Below, one piece after another: positions 1 through 9,688 of a stretch of DNA of 64,000 bases. The stretch covers positions 4,976 through 68,975 of the forward strand of contig JAPORB010000244.1 in the NCBI GenBank assembly GCA_026710425.1. The letters are read 5' to 3'. The translations under genes and the position numbers were made by a program. Position 1 is the stretch's first letter, and every line of letters starts with the position of its first letter. The stretch comes from Gammaproteobacteria bacterium (GTDB lineage Bacteria > Pseudomonadota > Gammaproteobacteria > Pseudomonadales > Pseudohongiellaceae). Under the pieces are notes generated by a model. The model saw nothing but the letters and a program-made list of their open reading frames with translations. It made no database searches and had not been told where the DNA came from.

Positions 1-460
1 TCGGAGGAATGCGCGAAGAGAGCAACACTGTAAAGTATTGCTCCGATACCAAACTGAACTAGGGAATGAACTGGAGGACAATTGACTTTACGACTAACTC
101 TCATGAGCTACTCCCGGAGTGCTTGCGGTAAGCTGGTTTGCCTACAGGCCATTACCAAAATTTAGCACAGTCAGCTTAATTTGGCAGCACTTGCTTGTCA
201 TCATCTCGTATACTACGGTTATTTCATCAGCGAAGAACAAAGCAGGGAATCAAATAAAGCGACAAATTGAAGGTTTGGGTAAATCTGATGTCCATAAAGA
301 TTGGCAACCGGGTGCAGCACTGCTGTGTCGGAGGCGGAGTTATGACCACTGGACAAAATGCAAACTCCATCATACCTTGTCGATCCTGATACCCTCGCCC
401 AGCTAATCGTTATGAAAATCACTACTTCGGGTGATTTAGGGTACAGGGAAAATTGAATTA

Positions 461-2191
461 ATGAGTATCATCATGACATACAAATCCTGCTCCGCTCTGT
501 TCATAGCCACCGCCTTGCTTGCTGTCGGCGTGCTAGCCCAAAATAATCTCAAAGATTATAACCCAGTCAGTGATAAGCGGCTGATCGATCCGGAAGCACA
601 TAACTGGCTGTCCTATCGCGGCAATCTGAAAGGATGGGGTTACAGTTCTCTGGATCAGATCAATGATCGAAATATAACTGAACTGGAACCGGTGTGGTCC
701 TTTTCTACAGGTGAACTGGGTGGTCATGAGGCACCGCCCATTGTAAACGACGGTATCATGTTCATTACTACACCGGAGAATCTGATATATGCAATAGATG
801 CCGCAAATGGCGACTTGATTTGGCGATATCAGCATGACCTGCCACAGAACTATATCGCCTTTCATCGAACCAACCGAGGCGTGGCTCTCTATGGCGACAA
901 GGTTTACATGGCAACACTGGATGCCAGAGTCGTTGGATTGGATGCGGCAAGCGGTCGCAAACTCTGGGACACCTCGGTACAGGATAACTCCTTTGGATAC
1001 TATATCACGATGGCACCACTGGGCATTGAGGATAAAATTCTTGTGGGCACTTCTGGTGGGGAGCTGGGTATCCGCGGCTTTGTGGTCGCTCTGGATGCAG
1101 AAACCGGAGAAGAGGTCTGGCGCACTTACACTGTGCCAGCTCCGGGTCAGCCGGGGAATGAAACCTGGCCGGGTGAATCCTGGAGGACTGGTGGTGCGGC
1201 TGTATGGGTCCCCGGTCATTACGATGCCGAGCGGCGGCTGGCCTATTTTGGAACGGGTAATCCCGGGCCTTGGATCGGCGATCAACGACCGGGGGACAAT
1301 CTGTACACTAATTCGGTTCTGGCATTAAACATTGACGGCGGCGAAATCGTTGCGCATCACCAGTACCACTGGAACGGATCTTGGGACTGGGACGAAGTAT
1401 CGACACCTATTCTGATGCCGGTGCAGCGCAAAGGCCGTGAGTTTGATGCTCTGGTGCATGCTGGTCGCAACGGTTATCTATGGACACTCGAACGCATGGA
1501 TGACCGCATCGGCTTTATTGATGCCGAACCCTATGTATACCAGAACGCCTTTGCCGGTATCGATCCGGTGACTGGACGTCCCGACTATGACCCGGCACAC
1601 AAGCCAACAACAGACACTACAACCTCCTTCTGTCCGTCATTATGGGGCGGCAAGGACTGGCCGCCTGCCGCTTACAATCCTGATACCGGTCTTCTGTATA
1701 TCCCAGCCAACGACAATCACTGTGGTGCCATTGAGGGACGCGAGGTAACCTATATGCCGGGCAGTGCCTATAAGGGGGCCCGTACAGAGTTTACCTTGCA
1801 GGATGGTTCAGACCACATCGGCGAAATTCAGGCCTGGGACATGAATACCGGTGAGCAGGTATGGACTGTCGAGTTCGCTGATCATAACTGGGGCGGAATT
1901 CTTACCACAGGTGGGAATCTTGTATTTAGCGGTGGGACTCCGGATCGGTACTTCCGTGCCCATGATGCGAGCAGCGGCGAAGAGCTATGGCGATTCAGGA
2001 CCAATTCCGGAATTATTGGCGTGCCCACCACTTTTGCCGTGGACGGTAGACAATTCATTGCTGTGCAATCCGGCTGGGGTGTGGATGCCGCCTCCAAAAC
2101 AGCCCGTATTGACCAGCAGCGGGGTACTCGCACCTTTGTACCCCAAGGTGGTGTGGTCTGGGTCTTTGCCCTGCCTGCCCACTCACCCTAA
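461..2191 (+). CDS. PQQ-dependent (quinoprotein) alcohol dehydrogenase, methanol/ethanol family, periplasmic
   Basis: 576-aa ORF with a signal peptide (ALLAVGVLAQ). Family landmarks are WLSYRGNLKGWGYS, GGHEAPPIV, SGGELGIRGF (metal-ligand Glu context), GTGNPGPW (Asn ligand context), SWDWDE (catalytic Asp context) and GGKDWPPAAYNP. AGGGAAAA lies shortly upstream of ATG 461. Confidence 0.85.
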   Translation: MSIIMTYKSCSALFIATALLAVGVLAQNNLKDYNPVSDKRLIDPEAHNWLSYRGNLKGWGYSSLDQINDRNITELEPVWSFSTGELGGHEAPPIVNDGIMFITTPENLIYAIDAANGDLIWRYQHDLPQNYIAFHRTNRGVALYGDKVYMATLDARVVGLDAASGRKLWDTSVQDNSFGYYITMAPLGIEDKILVGTSGGELGIRGFVVALDAETGEEVWRTYTVPAPGQPGNETWPGESWRTGGAAVWVPGHYDAERRLAYFGTGNPGPWIGDQRPGDNLYTNSVLALNIDGGEIVAHHQYHWNGSWDWDEVSTPILMPVQRKGREFDALVHAGRNGYLWTLERMDDRIGFIDAEPYVYQNAFAGIDPVTGRPDYDPAHKPTTDTTTSFCPSLWGGKDWPPAAYNPDTGLLYIPANDNHCGAIEGREVTYMPGSAYKGARTEFTLQDGSDHIGEIQAWDMNTGEQVWTVEFADHNWGGILTTGGNLVFSGGTPDRYFRAHDASSGEELWRFRTNSGIIGVPTTFAVDGRQFIAVQSGWGVDAASKTARIDQQRGTRTFVPQGGVVWVFALPAHSP

Positions 2192-2690
2192 AAATAAGGC
2201 CGACATTACACCGAAAGTTTTACGCTGGTAAAACTTCTCATGAAACTTGCATGATTCACATTCACTCCAACATGGAATGACAACAACAGTGATGAAATGT
2301 ACCCGGGAAAGCAGCCAAGTTTGCAGCTACTTGATAAGAGTCAAAACTGGAATAGCTATTATATAAAGCTCTCCTCCCGTACTGGGGTATTCAAGAGTAT
2401 CTTTAAGAACTCGAAGTATATGACTTATTTAGGCAGCCGAGTACTTTATAACTTTTTTCAGTCACGAACTATCAAAAACTCCAGTAATACTCTCCTCCAA
2501 TATAAAGACTCAATCAAATTTTTAACCGATTATAACAAAATTTGTATGGGTATTCGTCATAATTCTGGCCAATGCGCAAGTGCATTATTTATTTGCAGCC
2601 AGAACCTGCTTTAGCCCCTCTTCGGCATAATAATTAATTTGCGATAGATGGTTTTGGCATCCAAAGCTATTGCATAAATTGTAGTCTTAC

Positions 2691-4112
2691 TCAAACCTCA
2701 GTGGTGAGCGATGGGTGGTGCTGATGCCATGAGGTGGCCTGTTGATACGCATGACCAAATCGACATAAGGTTGCTTCACTCAGGCGGCGTCCCATAAATT
2801 GCATCCCGTAAGGCCAGCCCTTTTCGTTAAATCCACAGCACAAAGACAGAGTTGGTGTACCAGCAAGATCGGCCGGAATGGTGAACTGGCCCTGAAAATG
2901 TTTCACTACCTCTTTCATAACCTCAGCATTTCCATATTGCTTAGATTGCTCCACAGGGAAAACCATCCCACCTGAGGGGCAAATGACAGCGTCGACTTTT
3001 TCCAGCTCCGCCACAAACCTGCGATTAAACGCTGCGCGCCTGTCCTTGGCCTGTGAATACTCCTCCGCACTCAAGGAGCGACCCATCTCCAACACCCCAC
3101 TCAGATAATCACCATATTCATCGGCGCGTTCAGGATAATATTCGCCATGAGCCCTGTAAGCTTCATAGCCGACAAGCGGCAGCCACAAATCACGGTAATC
3201 CATGGGTCCCTCCGCTGGCATACTGACCTCCACCAGCCTTGCTCCCAAGGTCTGCAGAATTTCCAAGGCCTTTTCGATAGCAGCTACCAACCCAATGTCT
3301 GTGCCAGTAGTCAGGTAGCGCTCATCAACTCCCAGCGTCAAGCCACTCAGATTCTCTGACAAAAAACTTGGCTGGTCAGGAACCGGCTCCGATAAGGTGC
3401 TGGGATCAGAACTATCTTGACCAGCAAGCACCACAAACATGGTGGCAGCATCCTCCACAGTTCTGGCCATCGGGCCGACATGATCCAGCGACTCGGCCAA
3501 TGCCAGCAGTCCATAGCGACTCACCCTGCCCCAGGTGGGTTTCATGCCTACCACTCCGTTGGCCATGGCGGGGTAACGAATGGAACCTCCAGTGTCCGTG
3601 CCAATGCCGACATAACAAAGCCCAGCGGCTACCGCTACCCCGGTACCGGAAGAGGAGACTCCAGACCACAACCGGGAATCCCATGGATTCACTGGAATTG
3701 GAAATTCAGTATTGTAGGCAGAAAGGGCTCCCTCTGTAAGATTGAGTTTACCCAACAGCACTGCCCCCGCTGCGGCCAGCCTTGCCACTACTGTGCCATC
3801 ATACTCAGGCACAAAGCCCTTCCTGATCTTCAGGCCACCCATGGTCGGGATACCACGTGTATAGCAAAGGTCCTTGACCGCCACTGGGATGCCATGTAGC
3901 GGCCCTCGGTAAAAATCAGTCTGTATCTCCTCCTCGGACCGCTTTGCCTGTTCCAGAGCCAGTTCCGCCGTTACCGTGGCATAGCTTTTTAACTGCGGAT
4001 CAATTGCCTCAATACGACGCAGCATTGCCGTACACAACTCAATCGGTGAGAGCTGCCGAGTCCTTAGCAGTTCAGCCACGCTGGAGAGGCTTTTAAATGA
4101 CAATTCTTCCAT
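2691..4112 (-). CDS. amidase (amidase-signature family)
   Basis: 473-aa ORF with the AS block GGSSSGTGVAVAAG...GTDTGGSIRYPA and the catalytic Lys context PVAVKDL. No signal peptide. Confidence 0.85.
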   Translation of the reverse strand: MEELSFKSLSSVAELLRTRQLSPIELCTAMLRRIEAIDPQLKSYATVTAELALEQAKRSEEEIQTDFYRGPLHGIPVAVKDLCYTRGIPTMGGLKIRKGFVPEYDGTVVARLAAAGAVLLGKLNLTEGALSAYNTEFPIPVNPWDSRLWSGVSSSGTGVAVAAGLCYVGIGTDTGGSIRYPAMANGVVGMKPTWGRVSRYGLLALAESLDHVGPMARTVEDAATMFVVLAGQDSSDPSTLSEPVPDQPSFLSENLSGLTLGVDERYLTTGTDIGLVAAIEKALEILQTLGARLVEVSMPAEGPMDYRDLWLPLVGYEAYRAHGEYYPERADEYGDYLSGVLEMGRSLSAEEYSQAKDRRAAFNRRFVAELEKVDAVICPSGGMVFPVEQSKQYGNAEVMKEVVKHFQGQFTIPADLAGTPTLSLCCGFNEKGWPYGMQFMGRRLSEATLCRFGHAYQQATSWHQHHPSLTTEV

Positions 4113-4335
4113 TGAAGGTCAGTATGTGCCGACCATATCGGTAATTGACAAGGTTGACTAGGAGTTTTAATTGTTCAGGAGGTAACAAGCCAGAGAAAAC
4201 GACTGCACCGATGTCAGCATGCAGCAGCTAAGGGTCAAGCAACAGCAATTCCCCACACGACTCACACTAATGCCAAGGAGCCGAAGACATAGTCTGACCC
4301 AAATCTTTTTCACCCGAGTCTCGGGCAAAAGCTAA

Positions 4336-4359
4336 GGCAGGATGTTTAGCCACCCTGCC
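4336..4359 (-). terminator. candidate intrinsic terminator downstream of the C-S lyase-like gene
   Basis: On the minus strand, GGCAGG-12 nt-CCTGCC is followed by TTAGCTTTTG, about 60 nt past the stop at 4419. The T tract is interrupted, so confidence is modest. Confidence 0.35.
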
Positions 4360-4418
4360 CTTTGCCTCAATCTGAAACAGCCTTTACAAATTCGGCTGGA
4401 TTGGCTCTTGAATGGTAA

Positions 4419-5789
4419 TTATACAACCTTGTTGGTGGCCAATGCGATTGCATCCAGCACGTCCTTGATCACCGCCTTGGATGAAGCAATGTTCAGACGC
4501 ATATGCCCTTCGCCTCCCATGCCATAAGTGGAGCCGGGATTGAGATAGACACCTGAGTTATAAACCAGCCAGTCCTGAAAGTAATGTTCGGCAGATTGCT
4601 TGCCATGGGCTACTGCTTGACCTTCGGCATCGATGGCCTGCAACACCTTGCTGAAATCAAGGAAAGTCATAAAAGTGCCCTCATTTCGCGTGTAAACCAC
4701 CGAAGGCATTTTCGCTGTAATGTACTCCTCGACCATGGTGTGGGTGCTGTCCATATAGGCATTGGCCTGGTCGAACCAGTCAGCACCATGAGTGTAGGCC
4801 GCTTCCGTTGCCGCAGCACCCAGCGTTGACACTTCTGCACGGTGATATGCATTGACCCGCGCCAGCAAGATTGGGTTCTTGGAATAGTAATGGGCGATCT
4901 TCATACCCGCCAGATTGAAAGTTTTGCTCACGGCGGTGACTATAACACTGTTATTGACCACAGCCTGATCGGGCAGAGAAGCAAAGGGGACTAGCTTCTG
5001 GCCAGATCGAATAATGTCACAATGAATTTCGTCTGAAACCACAATGACGTTTTTCTCAAGGCACAACTTGCCCAGTCGCATCAGTTCGTCTTCTGTCCAC
5101 ACGTTTCCAGTAGGATTTTGTGGATTACACAGCAGCATCACCCGCACATCGGGTGTCATCTTGGCCTCAAGATCATCAAAATCAAACTCAAAGCGCCCGT
5201 TAACTCGCTTCATCTGGCTATCAACTATCTGCACATTAGCCTGTTCCGCCATGGTGTAAAAGCCATTGTAGGCCGGTGTGGTAACAATGATTTTTTCATG
5301 CTGGGGCACGAATGCCCTTAGTGCGGCAATAACACCAGGGTACACGCCGTCACTGAGGGTGAGTTCTTCAACGCCGATATCCACCCCATGTCGATCACCA
5401 GTCCAGCGAACAATGGCTTCAGTTACGCTCTGGGTGGAACTCATATAGCCCCAGTTATGATGCTTGATGCGCTCCTGTAGTGCTTCAGTAATGCAGGGTG
5501 CACATTCAAAATCCATGGACGCAACACCCATGCCATATTGAAACTCGCCGTTGGGATAATTTCGTGGTGGTGAGTCCCAGCGGGAACAGTTGGTGTTCAC
5601 TCGATTGTAGACTCTGTCAAAATCATACTTGCCGTTAGACAGTCTTGGGTAGCTTTCAGAAGCACTCATACTTTCCTGTGCATCAGCATGGGGAGCGGCT
5701 GTTGCCAGAGTTCCGGCAGCACCTGCCAGCGCAGTTAGGCCAGCATTTTGCATAAAGGTTCTTCTGTTTAATCCCATGTGTTTAGTCAT
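4419..5789 (-). CDS. PLP-dependent MalY/PatB-type C-S lyase / class I aminotransferase fold, with twin-arginine signal peptide
   Basis: The ORF track starts at TTG 5816, but ATG 5789 has GAGGG 7 nt upstream. N-terminus is MTKHMGLNRRTFMQNAGLTALAGAAGTLATAAPHADA (RRxF plus h-region plus AxA). Fold markers are NPQNPTGNVWT, VSDEIHCD and the PLP-Lys context SKTFNLAGMK. Confidence 0.8.
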   Translation of the reverse strand: MTKHMGLNRRTFMQNAGLTALAGAAGTLATAAPHADAQESMSASESYPRLSNGKYDFDRVYNRVNTNCSRWDSPPRNYPNGEFQYGMGVASMDFECAPCITEALQERIKHHNWGYMSSTQSVTEAIVRWTGDRHGVDIGVEELTLSDGVYPGVIAALRAFVPQHEKIIVTTPAYNGFYTMAEQANVQIVDSQMKRVNGRFEFDFDDLEAKMTPDVRVMLLCNPQNPTGNVWTEDELMRLGKLCLEKNVIVVSDEIHCDIIRSGQKLVPFASLPDQAVVNNSVIVTAVSKTFNLAGMKIAHYYSKNPILLARVNAYHRAEVSTLGAAATEAAYTHGADWFDQANAYMDSTHTMVEEYITAKMPSVVYTRNEGTFMTFLDFSKVLQAIDAEGQAVAHGKQSAEHYFQDWLVYNSGVYLNPGSTYGMGGEGHMRLNIASSKAVIKDVLDAIALATNKVV

Positions 5790-6028
5790 GGCGGTGCCCT
5801 CTTTTGTTATTTTCAAGTATGTTTATTGTTGCACTTTTTCTATTTATTGCTTAATTCTTTATCTGTTTCCAGCATTATTTCGATATTACTCTTGATCCTT
5901 CTTGCAGTTTATTTAAGTTTTTTACTGTGTCGCTTCTATATTGCTACTTCCCTGCCAGTATTTCCGGTCATTTTACCGATGCTGCAATAAGGTTAATCTT
6001 ATGCGCAACCGACATCATAATTTCCTGT

Positions 6029-7066
6029 CTAAAGCTTTCCCTCTGATTCCAGCCGTTCCTGTACTCGGGCCCCGCGCAGGATATTGACCATACCATAATT
6101 GCCCTCATGGCAGGCATATTCATATAGTAAGCCACCGACCTTGGTCATGGGCACGATTCCCTTGAAGGTATCGGTGTAAGTGGCCGGATCATCCACGATG
6201 AACTCATAATCCACGGTAAATTCATCCACTCGAGTAAAACGCTCGGTCAGAACCTTATCCCATGAAGTACCTGACCCACCAAAACTAAAAGACAATCCAT
6301 TGAAGTTTTTGGTGATAACAACCAGAGTATCTCCCTCCCAGTAACCCTTGGAGTCTCCTGTCCAGAGGCGGACATCATCGGAAAGTAACTCAATGACCTC
6401 GGCTGAATCATACAGCGGTACGATTCGGGCATCATGGATCATCTCTGTCAGCAACACGACCGTGTCCCTACTTTGAAAAATCTGTACATTATTGTTGTAT
6501 AAACTAGGCACGAAGGGAGGGCCGGCATTGAAACCAATAATACAGCGTTCCGACAACCCCCGATCTTCAGGACCATCAGTGCCGATTCCTCCTGCGGCAA
6601 TCCGGACCGGTCGGGATTCACCAGTGGATTCTCCGCCATAAACTCCCTGGCGTTCAATCGCTCCCTCCGCGAAGGGAGGCAGACGTCCGTTTTCCGGGTA
6701 GACAATATGGGATGTGCGGACCGTCTCACCTATGCCGGCATTTTCAACCCAGAAGTCATTGTAGGACTCATCAACTCCCTCAATATTCAGTGCCGAGTCG
6801 GACGCTTCATCAACAGCGACACGTCGTGCTTTGATTTCCTCGATCTCTCCAGTGGTCAGAAACTGTCGGTTTCCAAACTTACCAGGACGCTGCATAGGCA
6901 CATTGGATGAAAAGTTCCAAACCCCCTGTAGGTCAGGTTGGTTCCATTCCGTTCGCGGGACTGCATAATCTTCCTGTGCAAACACAGTCAACGAAAAGCA
7001 TGTGCCAGTCCACAGCAAACAACTGATTAGGGAAGTCTTTATTCTATACCAACCCGGGCTAGTCAT
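6029..7066 (-). CDS. secreted protein of unknown function
   Basis: 345-aa ORF with a signal peptide (SLISCLLWTGTCFSLTVFAQ/ED) and coding-like composition throughout. It has a distinctive C-terminal YEYACHEGNYGMVNILRGAR. I recognise no characterised family. Confidence 0.6.
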   Translation of the reverse strand: MTSPGWYRIKTSLISCLLWTGTCFSLTVFAQEDYAVPRTEWNQPDLQGVWNFSSNVPMQRPGKFGNRQFLTTGEIEEIKARRVAVDEASDSALNIEGVDESYNDFWVENAGIGETVRTSHIVYPENGRLPPFAEGAIERQGVYGGESTGESRPVRIAAGGIGTDGPEDRGLSERCIIGFNAGPPFVPSLYNNNVQIFQSRDTVVLLTEMIHDARIVPLYDSAEVIELLSDDVRLWTGDSKGYWEGDTLVVITKNFNGLSFSFGGSGTSWDKVLTERFTRVDEFTVDYEFIVDDPATYTDTFKGIVPMTKVGGLLYEYACHEGNYGMVNILRGARVQERLESEGKL

Positions 7067-7296
7067 CTTCTTCCATCTCCTGCCATGATTCTGTCTGTGT
7101 TAGTGTCGGCAATATATCGGTAACCGGCCTCAGCTTGGTTCTCAGCTGATTGCCGAACCGCTCCTGAACAGTCAGGTGACAAGCAGGTCATAATCGGACA
7201 GGCTTACATTGCCAGTCAATCCTGTCAGCCGCAAAGAACTTTAACCTTCGATTAAACTCGACACCTTGCCTGCACACCCGACCCTTCAGAGCCGAT

Positions 7297-8445
7297 TCAA
7301 CTCAGCACCTTGCGAAATACATCCACCGCAACCTGCATCTCTTCCATACTGCCCAGTGAAATACGGCAATGGGTATTGTGCAGTGGCGGAAAATCACGAC
7401 CGACGAGAACTTTGTGCTGCTGGCACAGGGATCGCAAATTGCTGGCTGGTTGCCTGAAGTTTGGGAAGATATGGTTGGTGTGTGACTCCGGCGTGTCGTA
7501 ACCAAGATCTGCCAAGGCACCCACCACAAAATCTCTGACCCGAGTGTTTTCTTCCCGCTCCCACTCCAAGTGCTCCACATCTTCAAAGGCAGTCAATGCC
7601 GCCACGGCACTCAGCATGGCGACATCACCCATACCCCAGGCATTGCGAATCTCGCTCAAAGTCTGGGGCTGGGCCAGTGCATATCCGATACGCATGCCCG
7701 CCAACGCATGTGCCTTGGAAAAAGAACGGGTCACAAAGACATTCTCAAATTCACGGGTGAGCGGGTGTCCAGTTTGCATCTTGGCCGGGTCAGCATAATC
7801 TATGTAAGCCTCGTCAAGATGAACATGGGTTTCAGGAGAGGCTGCTAGTACGGCCCGGACCGCTTTTTCAATGGCCTGCGGACTGTGCACCGTGCCAGTG
7901 GGATTATTGGGATTACAGAAGTAAACCAGTCCGGCACCCTTACTTTGGGCAACCATCGCATCTAAATCGAGTTTGGCCTCCTGGTCCAAGGGTATCTGCT
8001 TGACAGTCGCACCAATCTGACGTGCTGTTGCTTCACTGGTGGCGAACGTGGGACCGGCGGTAACCAAAGGCCTATCAGCACTGCACCAAGCGCGAGTAGA
8101 GGCTTGCAGGAGCCAGGTCGAACCGGAGGCCAGCAGCACATAATTACGGGGCACATCGAAACGCGCAGCAATGCTATTCTGCAGCTCAGGCACAAAATCC
8201 GGCGCATAGCCACGGCCTACCCGATAGTTAGTGTATTTGCGGATTGCTTCCAGCGTTTTTGGTCCTGGTCCCCTACCGCTTTCATTTTGATTGAGATGGA
8301 TCTCACCCAGGTCAAAAAGGCCTGCATGGTGATCAGAACGTGCTTGGGCGAGCACAGAGCTGCTGATGAGGGTAGAGCCACCCAGCAGACCAGCAGCCGT
8401 ACCAAAACCTGCTGACTTGACGAATCCACGGCGTGTTAGTCTCAT
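7297..8445 (-). CDS. HisC-like class I/II PLP aminotransferase with twin-arginine signal peptide
   Basis: AGGAGG lies 6 nt upstream of ATG 8445. N-terminus is MRLTRRGFVKSAGFGTAAGLLGGSTLISSSVLAQA. Fold markers are CNPNNPTG, the PLP-Lys context RSFSKAHALAGMRIGY, and a 382-aa length. Confidence 0.8.
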   Translation of the reverse strand: MRLTRRGFVKSAGFGTAAGLLGGSTLISSSVLAQARSDHHAGLFDLGEIHLNQNESGRGPGPKTLEAIRKYTNYRVGRGYAPDFVPELQNSIAARFDVPRNYVLLASGSTWLLQASTRAWCSADRPLVTAGPTFATSEATARQIGATVKQIPLDQEAKLDLDAMVAQSKGAGLVYFCNPNNPTGTVHSPQAIEKAVRAVLAASPETHVHLDEAYIDYADPAKMQTGHPLTREFENVFVTRSFSKAHALAGMRIGYALAQPQTLSEIRNAWGMGDVAMLSAVAALTAFEDVEHLEWEREENTRVRDFVVGALADLGYDTPESHTNHIFPNFRQPASNLRSLCQQHKVLVGRDFPPLHNTHCRISLGSMEEMQVAVDVFRKVLS

Positions 8446-8880
8446 TATTTTCCTCCTGGTTCCACGCTATCAGAAGCCTAGATTGGTGAATAGGGCATTA
8501 TTGTGGCACACTTTGAAGAGCATAATAGCCTTAGCGGCTTGGAATTGCACTAATTTCTATTCGTTGAGTTGATTTGCCCTGAAACCGGAATCCTCAGTAG
8601 CCAGGTGAGTCTTTTGCGGGGGACCAAGAGCTACCTGATAATTCTGTCCAAAACTCGCCGCTTTGTTATGGCCCTGCTCGGTAGCAGCAATAAAGGTTCA
8701 ACGGGCATGATTGTGACCTGCTTACCGGCAAACAGTTAGAATCCAAAATGCCGAACACTCCCAGCTAGGTGAATCGAAGTATTTTTTCAGCCGCTTTAAT
8801 CACCTTTTAGCATGGCTCAAGAGCTGAATGGACATTCCATTGGCTTGGTTTTATGCTATACATCAAATGAGAGGTTAATA

Positions 8881-9426
8881 ATGAAGATTGTAACCCTGAG
8901 CCTGCAAATTCTCGGGCTGATTGCTCTATTCATTGCAGTTGCCATGGCAACCCTGCGATTTAATCACCGTAATGACGATGGCCCGTCCATCCTGTTCCCA
9001 GGTGGCGCACTGGTTGCCGGTGAACTGTACAGTGGACCGGAGCCTGACTGGGATTTCACCGCTGATGTGCAGACGGTGGAGCTGGAACTGGACGATTCTG
9101 ATACCTCACGACTGATCTGGATTCAAAATGCAGATGGCAAAGCCTATGTGGTGTCAGGCTACATGAACAACTGGTTGGGCCAACTGTGGAAAGACTGGGC
9201 AGTTGAGGCTGACGAGGATAGCGGTCGTGCCGTTTTGCGCATTGGCAACACACGCTATGAGAGACAACTGGTTCGCATTCATGAAGGGGATGAGCTGGAT
9301 GGAATTGCCGAGAGTGTGATTCGCAAATATGCGGGAGGCGACCCCACACCCCAAGCCATAGCAGGCTTTCGCGCCTCTATCGAATCAGGTGGCACTAGGG
9401 CTTTCGCCGTTCTGCCTAGAGGATAA
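8881..9426 (+). CDS. membrane-anchored protein of unknown function
   Basis: The ORF track starts at 8812, but ATG 8881 has GAGG 6 nt upstream and begins a single TM helix (MKIVTLSLQILGLIALFIAVAMA). The rest is soluble and coding-like, with no recognised family. Confidence 0.5.
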   Translation: MKIVTLSLQILGLIALFIAVAMATLRFNHRNDDGPSILFPGGALVAGELYSGPEPDWDFTADVQTVELELDDSDTSRLIWIQNADGKAYVVSGYMNNWLGQLWKDWAVEADEDSGRAVLRIGNTRYERQLVRIHEGDELDGIAESVIRKYAGGDPTPQAIAGFRASIESGGTRAFAVLPRG

Positions 9427-9431
9427 ACAGC

Positions 9432-9569
9432 ATGAAGTCCAAAACCTACCTGATCTGTTGCGGTGTTGTGGCCGTTGCCAGTGGCCTATCTATGCTTTTC
9501 GTGCCCCCCTTGGCCCAGGGATTTGAAAGTCTGGTTCTTCTCTTTCTAAGCATTTTTGCCACGGGATAG
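9432..9569 (+). CDS. possible small (45-aa) membrane protein
   Basis: Not in the ORF track because it is under 60 aa. ATG 9432 lies 5 nt after the upstream stop, with AGAGGA 8 nt upstream. Translation is MKSKTYLICCGVVAVASGLSMLFVPPLAQGFESLVLLFLSIFATG, consistent with two hydrophobic helices. It overlaps only a weak antisense ORF. Confidence 0.3.
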   Translation: MKSKTYLICCGVVAVASGLSMLFVPPLAQGFESLVLLFLSIFATG

Positions 9570-9688
9570 ACACGATTTCCAAAGACCGTCCAACTTAATT
9601 GCCTTTTGTCGGTCCCAACAAACTCAATCATGCTGGAACGGATCGGAAAGACCTGCAAAATTTGTCTTGTGGGTTTTGACTAAACTGA

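Noticed and set aside
1-104. Start of a minus-strand ORF (MRVSRKVNCPPVHSLVQFGIGAILYSVALFAHSS...) running off the left edge
   Set aside because: Only 34 codons are visible, with no motif. This is too little to call a gene or a product.
533-1285. 250-aa ORF on the minus strand inside the PQQ dehydrogenase gene
   Set aside because: It is fully antisense to a gene with strong family motifs, and its translation is Arg/Ser/Pro-rich with no recognisable domain. It is a shadow ORF.
2297-2614. 105-aa ORF in the AT-rich gap between the PQQ dehydrogenase and the amidase
   Set aside because: Its composition (K/N/S/Y/I-rich) simply mirrors AT-rich DNA. It has no start context and no similarity I can recognise. 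The gap is better treated as intergenic or decayed sequence.
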